64,000 nucleotides of DNA from Polyangiaceae bacterium (GTDB lineage: Bacteria; Myxococcota_A; Polyangia; Polyangiales; Polyangiaceae). Location of the stretch: the NCBI GenBank assembly GCA_044376115.1, contig JBILLK010000023.1, positions 96,001 through 160,000 of the forward strand, in the 5' to 3' direction. Position 1 is the stretch's first letter. Each line of letters opens with the position of its first letter. Position numbers and translations under genes: made by a program. Shown one piece after another: positions 55,543 to 64,000 of the stretch. Under the pieces are notes generated by a model that had not been told where the DNA came from, made no database searches, and worked only from the letters and a program-made list of their open reading frames with translations.

Positions 55543-57095
55543 GGCGCCTTTACGCAGCGCTGCCCCTCCTCGCGCTCGGTTGCGCCGTCGAGTCGGAGCC
55601 GCCGATCGAGCCGATCCACGGGCCCGATGCCATTCCCGAGGTAAGGCCCGATACGCCTGGGAACAACCTGCAATTCAACTTCGACGCGGGCGACCTGGTG
55701 GAGACCTTCGCCTCGAGCGACGGCAACTTCACCGTCCACTTTGCGCGCGAGGGAGAGCACGCGGTCAACGACGCAGACACCAACACCAACGGTGTGCCCG
55801 ACTTCGTCGAAGACGTAGCGGCGGCCTACGAGGAGGTGCTCGCGCACTACGAATCGCTAGGCTTCCGCGCGCCCGAAAGCGACGCGCGCATTCCAGACAA
55901 CGGCGGAGACGGCACCTTCGACGTCTACTTGGTGGACTTTGCGGGTGTGGGGGACGGCGCCTTCCGCCAGGACAGCTGCTTGGCCTCCAACGGCGAGCGC
56001 TGCATCGGCTTCATGACGCAGGAGAACGACTTCGTCGGCTATGGCTATCCCTCCACCAAGATCGCCAATCGCATCCTCGGCAGCCACGAATTTTTCCACG
56101 CCGTGCAAGCTGCCTACGACGTCAATCAGGGCAGCGTCTTGGCCGAAGGAACGGCGGTCTGGGCGACCGAATCGTTCGACCCTTCACTGAACGACTTCGA
56201 GTGGTTTTCCTCGGGCTTTTTCGACAATCCGGACAGGCCGATCGATGAGCCGTTGCCCGGGCCGGTCGATCCTTTCAGCTACGGTACCGGCGTCTTCTTC
56301 AAGTTCTTGGAAGAGCGTTTTGGCACGGAGACGATCCGCGTGTTGTGGGAGCGCTGTGAGAACGGGGCGAACGGCAACGATGATCCGCAGTGGCTAACCG
56401 AGTTGGACGCGGCGATCGCTGAGGTTGGCGACGGCAGCTTCGCTGAAGCGATGGTGGACTTCGCCCAGTGGAACTTGAAGACCGACGACTTCGCCGACCC
56501 CGGCAGCTCCTACGCGAACGGCGCTGCCTACCCGCGGGTCAAGATCGAGACAGTGACCGCGCCCTTCAGCGACGATTCGATCCGCGTCTATCACGCCTCT
56601 TCGCAATACCGCGCGATGGATCCGGGCCCGCGCACCGAGATGACAGCCGCGCTCGTTTCGGAGGATCCGGCCGAGCTCGAAGGGCTGCGGCTGGTGCTGG
56701 CCACAGAGTCTGGTGATGTCGCGACCACGCAGGTGGTAGCGGACGCTGCGGCTGGAACGGAGACGCTCAGCGTGGTCGAGGCCGAACGTTTCGTCGCCAT
56801 CGTCGTTAGCACCAACCCCGGCGGAGACTCAAAGAAGCCTGGGCTATGCGTGGGCAACGCCGACGAGGTCGAGGCCTGCAAGGCCGCGCTGCTCGCCGGC
56901 GGGACCGGCGGTGCGGGCGGCGCTGGCGGCTCGGGTGGTGCTAGCGGCGCTGGCGCTGGAGACGGCAGCGGTGGGGCCGGAGATGAAGGCAGCAGCGACG
57001 GCTGCGGTTGCGCCCTGCCTTCTCAAGCACCGGCGAGCGGCAGCCTGCTCGCCGTGCTCGGGCTTTCACTGCTGCTCCGTCGTCGACGGCGCTAG
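55539..57095 (+). CDS. Putative zinc metalloprotease (MXAN_6640-like) with MYXO-CTERM
   Basis: NGVPDFVE, HEFFHAVQ...EGTAVW, tail GCGC...LLLRRRRR; GTGA overlap. Confidence 0.82.
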   Translation: MRRLYAALPLLALGCAVESEPPIEPIHGPDAIPEVRPDTPGNNLQFNFDAGDLVETFASSDGNFTVHFAREGEHAVNDADTNTNGVPDFVEDVAAAYEEVLAHYESLGFRAPESDARIPDNGGDGTFDVYLVDFAGVGDGAFRQDSCLASNGERCIGFMTQENDFVGYGYPSTKIANRILGSHEFFHAVQAAYDVNQGSVLAEGTAVWATESFDPSLNDFEWFSSGFFDNPDRPIDEPLPGPVDPFSYGTGVFFKFLEERFGTETIRVLWERCENGANGNDDPQWLTELDAAIAEVGDGSFAEAMVDFAQWNLKTDDFADPGSSYANGAAYPRVKIETVTAPFSDDSIRVYHASSQYRAMDPGPRTEMTAALVSEDPAELEGLRLVLATESGDVATTQVVADAAAGTETLSVVEAERFVAIVVSTNPGGDSKKPGLCVGNADEVEACKAALLAGGTGGAGGAGGSGGASGAGAGDGSGGAGDEGSSDGCGCALPSQAPASGSLLAVLGLSLLLRRRRR

Positions 57096-58639
57096 CGGCG
57101 ACGACGACGCAGCGCGAGCCCCAAAAGGGCGAGCGCCACACCGATCGACGCGGGCCTCGGGCTCGCGTCGCCGGTGCTGCAATCGCAGCCGTCTCCAGCG
57201 TCAGAACCGCCTGCTCCGCCGCTGCCCCCTGACCCGCTGCTCGAGCTGCCACCGGCTCCGCCGCTGCCCTCGCTGATGCCGAGAGCGCTCTCGAGCGCGG
57301 GCAGCGGATCAACGATGCCGTAGCCGTAAACAGGATCATGGCCGCTTTCGTCGGGCACGGCGTACGGAGCTTTGCGCGTCGTCGCGACGAGGATCTGTTC
57401 GATCTCGGCGGCGGTCTTCTCGGGCGCTGCGGAGACGATCAGCCCGGCGATGCCCGCGACCACCGGACAAGCGGAGGAGGTGCCGCCGAAGAGGTTGGTG
57501 TAGTCGGTCGGGTCGTCACCAGCGGCACCGGAGATATCGGTGGTGAGCGTGCCGGTCGGCGCGACCAAATCGACGGGTGCACCAAAGTTTGTAAACGGCG
57601 TCGACTCGTCGAAGTTGTTGATCGCGCCCACACACACAACGCCGCTAGCACCGCACATTTCATCGACACCGATCTCGCGATCGTCGTTGCCGGCGGCGAA
57701 CACGACCACCGCGCCCTTGCCTCCTCGGCCGTTGGTTGCGACTTCAGCGATGATCTCCTCGAGCGCGCTGGGAATGGGCATCGGCTCGACGTAGCCCCAG
57801 CTGTTCGAGACCACCGCGGCGTCCACATCGAGCGCGAATTGGAAGGCGTCCACCTCGACCGAGAGCGGCTGCGGACCGTCCGCCAACATGCGCACGCAGC
57901 GCAGTCTGCACTCGGGGCAGCCGCCAGCGATGCCCTCGCCGTTGTTGGTGCTGGCGCCGATGATCCCAGCGCACTCGGTGCCGTGCGCTGCCCCATTCAT
58001 TGCTAGATCCGGCGTCGGGTCGTCATCGTCGTCGACTACGTCACGACCCGCATCCATCTTGTCGGCGAGATCGACGTGGGCGGCATCACAACCGGTGTCC
58101 ACCACCACGACGCTGGTATCGGCGTCGCCGACCGAGAGCGACCACGCTTGGCTCATGCCCAAGTTCTCGAAGTACCACTGGCCGCCAAAGCGCGGGTCAT
58201 CGGGGATGAATGGATCGGCGAAGGCGCGTACACGCACGTAGTAGTTGGGTGTGGCGCTGCGAATGCCGCGCAAGCGCGCGCCGCTCGTGGTGAGCCTCGC
58301 CGCAAGATCAGCGCCGTCACCGCCGGTTACGTCTTCCGCCAGCCACAGCCCGAGCGACGGCGCGAGCGGACGAAGCAGCGCTCCGCCGCTCGCCGCAACC
58401 TCCTCGGCCCCGCCCGGATCGAGCGCGACGATCACGGTGTTATCAACCTCGGCGTTGACCAACCGCCCATCGCCGAAGTCCACCCGTACCGCGCGTCGTT
58501 GCTCAGCCGTGCTCGCGAGACGCTCGACGGTGATGGTGCGTCCGCGTTCCTCGTAGCTCGTCGACTCAGCCCGAGCGATGGCTGGGCCGAGCAAAAGCAC
58601 CATCGAAGAAAGACAACCGAGCTTTGCAATGTTCAGCAT
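57092..58639 (-). CDS. S8 subtilisin-like serine protease with MYXO-CTERM
   Basis: VVDTG, HGTECAG, AAGN, GTSSACP, tail GCDC...ALRRRRR. Confidence 0.92.
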   Translation of the reverse strand: MLNIAKLGCLSSMVLLLGPAIARAESTSYEERGRTITVERLASTAEQRRAVRVDFGDGRLVNAEVDNTVIVALDPGGAEEVAASGGALLRPLAPSLGLWLAEDVTGGDGADLAARLTTSGARLRGIRSATPNYYVRVRAFADPFIPDDPRFGGQWYFENLGMSQAWSLSVGDADTSVVVVDTGCDAAHVDLADKMDAGRDVVDDDDDPTPDLAMNGAAHGTECAGIIGASTNNGEGIAGGCPECRLRCVRMLADGPQPLSVEVDAFQFALDVDAAVVSNSWGYVEPMPIPSALEEIIAEVATNGRGGKGAVVVFAAGNDDREIGVDEMCGASGVVCVGAINNFDESTPFTNFGAPVDLVAPTGTLTTDISGAAGDDPTDYTNLFGGTSSACPVVAGIAGLIVSAAPEKTAAEIEQILVATTRKAPYAVPDESGHDPVYGYGIVDPLPALESALGISEGSGGAGGSSSSGSGGSGGAGGSDAGDGCDCSTGDASPRPASIGVALALLGLALRRRRR

Positions 58640-58741
58640 CGAGATCGCTACCGTTCGCGCTGTGGAGCCAGCACGAGCAGTGTCACCCAGGCTCTCGGCC
58701 GATGCAATCGAACGGCTAACGCGCAGCGAGCGATGGGGCGT

Positions 58742-60124
58742 TCAAGCCGGGGCGTCGATCGAGGCCACGCGCACCAGCTTCTTGTTCACGAACTCTTGAA
58801 TACCGGCGCCCGAGAGTTCGCGACCGTAGCCCGAGCTCTTGATGCCACCGAAGGGCAAGTCGGGCGTGGTCCAAGTTGGGTGGTTGACGAACATCATGCC
58901 GGTGTCCACGCGACTAGCGACGCGCTTGCCCCGCGCGACGTCCTGCGTGAACACACAGCCGCCCAAACCGAAGTCAGTGTCGTTCGCGAGCGCCACCGCC
59001 TCGTCCTCATTCTTGACGCGAAAGAAGAGCGCGACCGGCCCGAAGAATTCCTCACGAAACGCCGGGTTCTCCTTGCTGATGTTGGTCAAAATGGTCGGCT
59101 GCATGAAGGCGCCCGGCCGGTCTACGCGGCTTCCTCCCATGACCAGCGTGGCTCCTGCGGCGATCGCACGCTGCACCTGTTCGAGCAGGTTGAGCAAGGC
59201 GCTCTCGGTCGAGAGTGGGCCGAGCGTGGTCGCCGGGTCCAGCGGATTGCCGGGCTCTAGCCGCTCGAGCGCCGCCTTGAACTTCTCGAGAAAGGGCGTG
59301 GCCAGAGGCTCGACGACGATGAAGCGCTTGGCGGCCACGCAACACTGACCGGTGTTGTTCATCTTGCCCCAGACAGCCCATTCAACCGTCTTCTCGAGAT
59401 CGGCGTCCTCGAGCACGATGAAGGCGTCGCTGCCGCCGAGTTCCATCGTCGACTTCTTCAGGTTCTTGCCGGCGCGGCTGGCCACTCGTTTGCCGGCCTC
59501 CACGCTGCCGGTCAGCGCGACCCCCTTGATGCGCGGATCATCGATCACCCGATTCACCTGGTCATAGGAGATGCGCAGGTTGGTGTAAGCGCCCATGGGC
59601 GCGCCAGCCTCGCGCCACAGGTTCTCGAAGGCGATCGCGCACTGGGGCACGCACGCTGCGTGTTTGACCATGACGACGTTGCCCGCCATCAAGTTGGGCG
59701 CAGCAAAGCGAGCGAGTTGGTAATACGGGAAGTTCCACGGCTCCACACCGAACAAAACGCCCAGCGGGTTGCTCTCCACCTCGGCTTGACCGGTGCTCGG
59801 CGTGAGCCGCAGCGGAGCCAAGAAGCGTTCGGCGTTGTCGGCGTAGTACGCGATGATATCGGCGCTGAGCACGACCTCAGCGCGGGCCTGCGCGATCAGC
59901 TTGCCCATCTCGATCGTCACCGGCAGCGCGAACTCCTCGACCCGAGCGTGCATGATCGCCGCCGCCTTGGTGAGGATCTCGCCTCGTTCGGCGAAGGTTG
60001 TTTGACGCCAAACCTCGAACGCCGCGGTGGCCGTAGCGATCGAGTGCTCGAGCTCACGGTCGGTGAGGCCGTCGAAGGTGTGGAGGAGCTTGCCGTTGAA
60101 GGGATTGACACTTTGGTAGGGCAT
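58742..60124 (-). CDS. NAD(P)-dependent succinate-semialdehyde dehydrogenase (Sad/GabD-like)
   Basis: PWNFPYYQ, LTGS, MELGGSD, GQCCVAAKR, EEFFGP, PFGGIKSSGYGREL. Confidence 0.92.
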   Translation of the reverse strand: MPYQSVNPFNGKLLHTFDGLTDRELEHSIATATAAFEVWRQTTFAERGEILTKAAAIMHARVEEFALPVTIEMGKLIAQARAEVVLSADIIAYYADNAERFLAPLRLTPSTGQAEVESNPLGVLFGVEPWNFPYYQLARFAAPNLMAGNVVMVKHAACVPQCAIAFENLWREAGAPMGAYTNLRISYDQVNRVIDDPRIKGVALTGSVEAGKRVASRAGKNLKKSTMELGGSDAFIVLEDADLEKTVEWAVWGKMNNTGQCCVAAKRFIVVEPLATPFLEKFKAALERLEPGNPLDPATTLGPLSTESALLNLLEQVQRAIAAGATLVMGGSRVDRPGAFMQPTILTNISKENPAFREEFFGPVALFFRVKNEDEAVALANDTDFGLGGCVFTQDVARGKRVASRVDTGMMFVNHPTWTTPDLPFGGIKSSGYGRELSGAGIQEFVNKKLVRVASIDAPA

Positions 60125-60239
60125 CGGTCGGACTCTTTCGCAGCGAGGGTTGGCGTGCAGTGGGTTGCAGCGTCCACTCGAGCAAGAGTCCGGCCGTGTT
60201 CACCCAGGCGGCGGCGCGAGGCTTGCCTGCTACTTGACC

Positions 60240-60626
60240 ATGACGACGCAAACCAAAGCCAACGCCTCTCCCCGCAAACCCCGTCCACGGCTCAGCCCTG
60301 GCCCTCACGAACGCAAAGACGGTGGCAACGCCTTCTTGCGCGACCCAACGACCGAAGACCCGCGCATGTTCAGCAACGATCCCCTCGCTGAGATGTTGGG
60401 CGAAGAGTGCGTGAAGGCGGCAACATCGGGTGAAGAGGCCTACTCCGAAGACGTCGACGGCTTGACCACCGAAGAGTTCGGGGGCCCCTTCACGACGTTC
60501 TCCGTCGACGCAGACGGCGTCACCGACGAGCCGGAATCTCCGCCTGCGCTGGGACTGGAGGAGCCGTCGCTTGCAGCCACTTCCACGCGATTGCCCCCTG
60601 GACCAAGATCGCCATCAGGCCGTTGA
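60240..60626 (+). CDS. Small acidic hypothetical protein
   Basis: Fills an otherwise empty gap with GC3-rich codons (GNAFLRDP, LAEMLGEE, ATSGE, EEFGGPF). The 3' end overlaps the convergent MFS gene. Confidence 0.6.
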   Translation: MTTQTKANASPRKPRPRLSPGPHERKDGGNAFLRDPTTEDPRMFSNDPLAEMLGEECVKAATSGEEAYSEDVDGLTTEEFGGPFTTFSVDADGVTDEPESPPALGLEEPSLAATSTRLPPGPRSPSGR

Positions 60627-61821
60627 CCAAGAGCGCCTGCCTGACGCCCATCAAGCTGACCGAGACGCCAGTGAGCAGCGCCCCCAGCGACATGCCACCC
60701 CGCATCGCGAGCATGAACAGGCTCACCGTTTGACCGAGCACGAGCGGATTCGCGGTGGCCTGCAACAAGGTGTTGGCCGCTGTGCTGCTGACGGTCATCG
60801 CGATGCCCGCGAACACGAACAGCGGCACCACGCCCCAGCCCCACGGGTTGAGCGCGGTCAACACCAAGATGAAACCGTAACCGATGGCGAAGCCCGCCGA
60901 AATCCGCCGTCGGTCAACGTTGGCCGCCACGCCCAAAAGGCCTAAACCGCCGACGATGCCACCAGCTCCAAAGGCCACCGCCGCCATCGAAAAATGGCTC
61001 GCGTCTCCGTGGAAGACGTCCTTCACCAACACGGGGCTGAAGGTGAAGAGCGGTGAGCACAAAAGCCCTGTGCTGAAGACCATGAGCAAACCGCCACCGC
61101 TATGCGGCTCACGCAGCGTTTCGGCCATGCTGGCGGCGGTGTGGCGAAAATGTTGAGGCACACGTGCAGCGGTGGGCGGCTTCCAGCGGGGCAAGATCCA
61201 GAGCGCGACCCCGATGAAGGGCAGATACGAGACCACGCTGACCACGAAGCAGGCGACCGCGCCCGCGCTCGCCATCAGCACCCCGGCGATCGACGGCCCG
61301 AGGATGCGCGACAGACTGAACTGCGTCGAGTTGAGCGCCAAGCCGCGGCCGATTTGATCGCGCTCTACGATCGAAGGCACGATCGATTGGAACGAGGGCA
61401 TCGAAAGCGCATCCGTCACTCCGACCACCACCGAGAGCACGATGACCATCCACGGCTCGAGCGCCCCCGCGAGCAAGAGCGCCACGATGGCCAGCGGGCA
61501 CAACATCTGGATTGACTGAAACCAGGCGATCACTCGGCGGCGATCCCAACGGTCCGCCAGCGCACCGCCGGCCAGCGTTAGCAGCCAAACAGGGGCGTTG
61601 CTCGCGAACGAGTCGAGCCCGATCACGAACGACGAAGCCCCCATCGTGAGCAACAGCCATGGCTCTGCCACCTGCTGCGCCCACGTCCCGATACTCGAGA
61701 GCAGACTTGCGAACCAGAAGGTCCCAAAGCGGCGCGTTGCAAGCAAGCGGAGCGACGCTCGAAACTCGGTAGCGCCGCTCAGCATCTCGGCTGATGCGGC
61801 GCTATCGTTCGCCTTTTTCAT
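60520..61821 (-). CDS. MFS transporter
   Basis: SSIGTWAQ, GALADRWDRRR, ALNSTQFSLSRILGP; about 12 TMs. Confidence 0.9.
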   Translation of the reverse strand: MKKANDSAASAEMLSGATEFRASLRLLATRRFGTFWFASLLSSIGTWAQQVAEPWLLLTMGASSFVIGLDSFASNAPVWLLTLAGGALADRWDRRRVIAWFQSIQMLCPLAIVALLLAGALEPWMVIVLSVVVGVTDALSMPSFQSIVPSIVERDQIGRGLALNSTQFSLSRILGPSIAGVLMASAGAVACFVVSVVSYLPFIGVALWILPRWKPPTAARVPQHFRHTAASMAETLREPHSGGGLLMVFSTGLLCSPLFTFSPVLVKDVFHGDASHFSMAAVAFGAGGIVGGLGLLGVAANVDRRRISAGFAIGYGFILVLTALNPWGWGVVPLFVFAGIAMTVSSTAANTLLQATANPLVLGQTVSLFMLAMRGGMSLGALLTGVSVSLMGVRQALLVNGLMAILVQGAIAWKWLQATAPPVPAQAEIPARR

Positions 61822-61881
61822 ACGGGCTCCCTTCGTGACGTAGTACGTCGCGCTGCGAGAGCACGCTTCATGCCGCCGCAG

Positions 61882-62781
61882 TTACGCCGCGGGGCTCGGT
61901 CTTGGGCGCGCTTCGACCGCATCGGGCGAAGCGAAGAGCACGCGAACAGCCTCGCGCAGCGAGCCGGCGCCAACCACGTTGCGGATCAATCCGCCTACGG
62001 CTGCGAAGTGGACCGCCAGCGGGTCATTGGTACCCAGCTGCTTCACCAGACCGTATTCCACCGGCTCCGACTCGCGAGCATAGGTCCCGAACAGCCGGTC
62101 CCAGACCATCAGGATGCCGCCATAGTTCTTGTCGAGGTACGGCTGGTTCCTGCCATGGTGAACGCGATGGTTGGACGGCGTGTTGAGCCAGCCGTCGAGC
62201 AGCGGCAGCCGACCAATGAGCTCGGTATGGATCCACTGCTGCCACGCCAAGACCAAGGTCAACCCGAGCAGCACCAGCAAGGGATGAAAGCCGAGCAGCA
62301 CCAGCGGCAGATAGAAGAGCGGCGTGAAGAAGAAGTCCATGAAGCTCACCCGTAGCCCGACGCTCTGATCGAAGTGTTCAGCCGAGTGATGCGTCGAGTG
62401 ATACGCCGACCACAGCAGATTGACGCGGTGGGCCGCTCGGTGCTCCCAGTAGTAAACGAAATCAGCGAGCAATACGCACACGAGAGCGCTACCGAGCGTC
62501 ACCGGGATCTCCCACAGAGCTAGCTGGTGCAGCGCGCTGAGCGCCCGCGGCAGCTCGTCTCCGAGGCCCGCCTCGACCGCCATGGCCGGGGCCAAGCAGA
62601 ACGCGCTCGTCAAAAGCCCTGTGAGCCGGCGACGGTCCAGCCGCTTGCTGCGCGAAAGCGCGATGAGCTCCACCAAGAACAGCGGCACGCCGAGCAGCAA
62701 CAACGCCGTCACGACCCACGAGAGACTGCTCCACCAAGCCGTATCGATTGAACCTTCGAGCTCTATCACGCTTGCCTCCAT
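61882..62781 (-). CDS. Sterol desaturase / fatty acid hydroxylase family protein
   Basis: His boxes HRAAH, HSTHHS, WIH, HRVHH; DKNYGG, WDRLFGT. Start may be GTG 62769 after GGAGG. Confidence 0.9.
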   Translation of the reverse strand: MEASVIELEGSIDTAWWSSLSWVVTALLLLGVPLFLVELIALSRSKRLDRRRLTGLLTSAFCLAPAMAVEAGLGDELPRALSALHQLALWEIPVTLGSALVCVLLADFVYYWEHRAAHRVNLLWSAYHSTHHSAEHFDQSVGLRVSFMDFFFTPLFYLPLVLLGFHPLLVLLGLTLVLAWQQWIHTELIGRLPLLDGWLNTPSNHRVHHGRNQPYLDKNYGGILMVWDRLFGTYARESEPVEYGLVKQLGTNDPLAVHFAAVGGLIRNVVGAGSLREAVRVLFASPDAVEARPRPSPAA

Positions 62782-62786
62782 TATGA

Positions 62787-62833
62787 GAACGATCGTTCGC
62801 TCTTTAAATTAACCAAAGCCCTCGCCTCGTCAA
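62787..62833 (-). promoter_or_regulatory. Putative desaturase promoter with TetR operator
   Basis: Minus strand TTGACG (62833-62828), 16 nt, TAATTT (62811-62806); perfect palindrome GAACGATCGTTC at 62787-62798. Confidence 0.65.
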
Positions 62834-62881
62834 CCGGGTTCTGCTGAACTTCGCTTCCGCTGCGGCGGAGGAAGCCAAACC

Positions 62882-63514
62882 ATGTCGAGAAAACGCGATG
62901 AAGCTGCGCACGAGGCCAAACGGGACGAGATCCTCGACGCGGCCGAGGCGCTGTTCGTCACCCACGGCTTTCACCAAACCGGGATGGCGGCCCTTTGCGC
63001 CAGCGTCGGCATGAGCCCGGGCGCGCTCTACCGATACTTCCCATCCAAGACCGAGATCATCCGCGCCATCGTCGAGCGCGAGCGAGCCGCCGTGGTGCAA
63101 TCCTTCGAGCCGCTGGTGGAGGCCATCGACTTCGCCGCGGCGCTCGAGAAGCACGTCCTACAAGCGATCGCTGCAGCAGCTGAGGAGCGCTACGCGAGCC
63201 TGGCCCTCGAGGTCGCGGCGGAGGCCCGTCGTGACCCAGTCGTGGCGGAGGTCGTGCAGCGCGCTGAGGACGAGATCGTCGAGCGACTCGCCGGCATCCT
63301 CAGTGCGGCCAAACGCCGGGGCGCGGTGGGTTCAACGGTCGATCCGGAGGTTGCGGCTCGGCTCCTGCTCGCCGTCGTCGATGGCTCGGTGGCGGCCCGC
63401 CCTACCCTCGCACTTCTCCCCAGCCGACGCTTGAAACCGACCCTACGCGGGCTGATTCGCGGGCTCTTGGGCCTGCCCCATTCGACGACGGAACGCAGCG
63501 AGCGGAGCGGCTGA
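62882..63514 (+). CDS. TetR/AcrR-family transcriptional regulator
   Basis: ILDAAEALF...GFHQTG...GMSPGALYRYFPSK; GGAGGA RBS. Confidence 0.93.
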   Translation: MSRKRDEAAHEAKRDEILDAAEALFVTHGFHQTGMAALCASVGMSPGALYRYFPSKTEIIRAIVERERAAVVQSFEPLVEAIDFAAALEKHVLQAIAAAAEERYASLALEVAAEARRDPVVAEVVQRAEDEIVERLAGILSAAKRRGAVGSTVDPEVAARLLLAVVDGSVAARPTLALLPSRRLKPTLRGLIRGLLGLPHSTTERSERSG

Positions 63515-63628
63515 CTTCGCAGCGCGATCCGGTCGAGGGCGGCCCGCTGACGCTTCGATTCGCCCGAACATTTCGTTCGATCTTTTCGGCTTATCGACAT
63601 GGTCAATGGTGTTACCGGAGAGCCAGCC

Positions 63629-64000
63629 ATGAAGAACCGATTCGCATCGATCGTACTATTGCTATCCATCACAGCCGTAGGCTGCAGCGCGAAGGTAGAA
63701 GCCAAGGTCGGGACGCCCGAGCCAGTCCCCGCCGAGCCGAAGCCGGAGCCGAAGCCGGAACCGAAGCCGGAGCCGACCAAGGAAGGGCACGTCACCATCA
63801 CCGACGATCACCTCGAGATCGACGATGTCGTGCAGTTTGATACGTCGAAGGCCACCATCAAGCCCGAGTCCAACCAACTGCTCGACGACGTCGCGAAGGC
63901 GATGAACGGGCACAAGGAGATCGCGGTGCTCCACGTGATTGGCCACACGGACGCGCGCGGAGACAAGGAGTCGAACCGAAAGCTGAGCGACGAGCGCGCG
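63629..64000 (+). CDS. OmpA-family lipoprotein, runs off the window end (absent from the ORF track)
   Basis: Own translation: MKNRFASIVLLLSITAVGC...VQFDTSKATIKPES...IGHTDARG...NRKLSDERA; GGAG RBS. Confidence 0.88.
   Translation, partial: MKNRFASIVLLLSITAVGCSAKVEAKVGTPEPVPAEPKPEPKPEPKPEPTKEGHVTITDDHLEIDDVVQFDTSKATIKPESNQLLDDVAKAMNGHKEIAVLHVIGHTDARGDKESNRKLSDERA
63734..63775 (+). repeat. 12-bp coding tandem repeat, about 3.5 copies (EPKP)
   Basis: GARCCGAAGCCG units. Confidence 0.8.

Noticed and set aside
58700..61860. Dehydrogenase / small ORF / MFS block as a genomic island
   Set aside because: No integrase, transposase, tRNA or flanking direct repeats seen.
1..64000. rRNA, tRNA, IS elements, prophage or canonical defence genes
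   Set aside because: None recognised. Nearly all sequence is covered by protein-coding genes, though small RNAs cannot be excluded without covariance searches.

Overview
GC-rich, gene-dense bacterial chromosome segment. MYXO-CTERM tails, Myxococcus-type Cys-rich repeats, many Gly-linker lipoproteins and a Hanks kinase point to Myxococcota, probably Polyangiaceae-like (inference). About 55 CDS are supported. Housekeeping/metabolic genes: lipB, aspartate kinase, pheT without pheS, succinate-semialdehyde dehydrogenase. Other content: a REC-GAF-HD-GYP regulator, a GT4 fusion plus GH130 pair, a GldA/F/G-like ABC plus DUF4340 operon, two c-type cytochromes, a degenerate hybrid kinase and a run of surface lipoproteins (36.4-44.4 kb). 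I saw no rRNA, tRNA, CRISPR array or transposase. Best leads: (1) a lipoprotein with an FrpC-like self-processing module in which the scissile Asp-Pro reads Thr-Pro; (2) an NrtR-SPFH-NAD-kinase-like-2OG oxygenase operon whose promoter carries a clear twin 21-bp operator; (3) a Fur-boxed TonB receptor plus two HmuY genes, flanked by three surface proteases; (4) a pseudo-histidine kinase next to a cytochrome that seems to have lost one heme motif. Family calls come from motif recognition by eye, not database searches. Many start codons were re-chosen relative to the ORF track.
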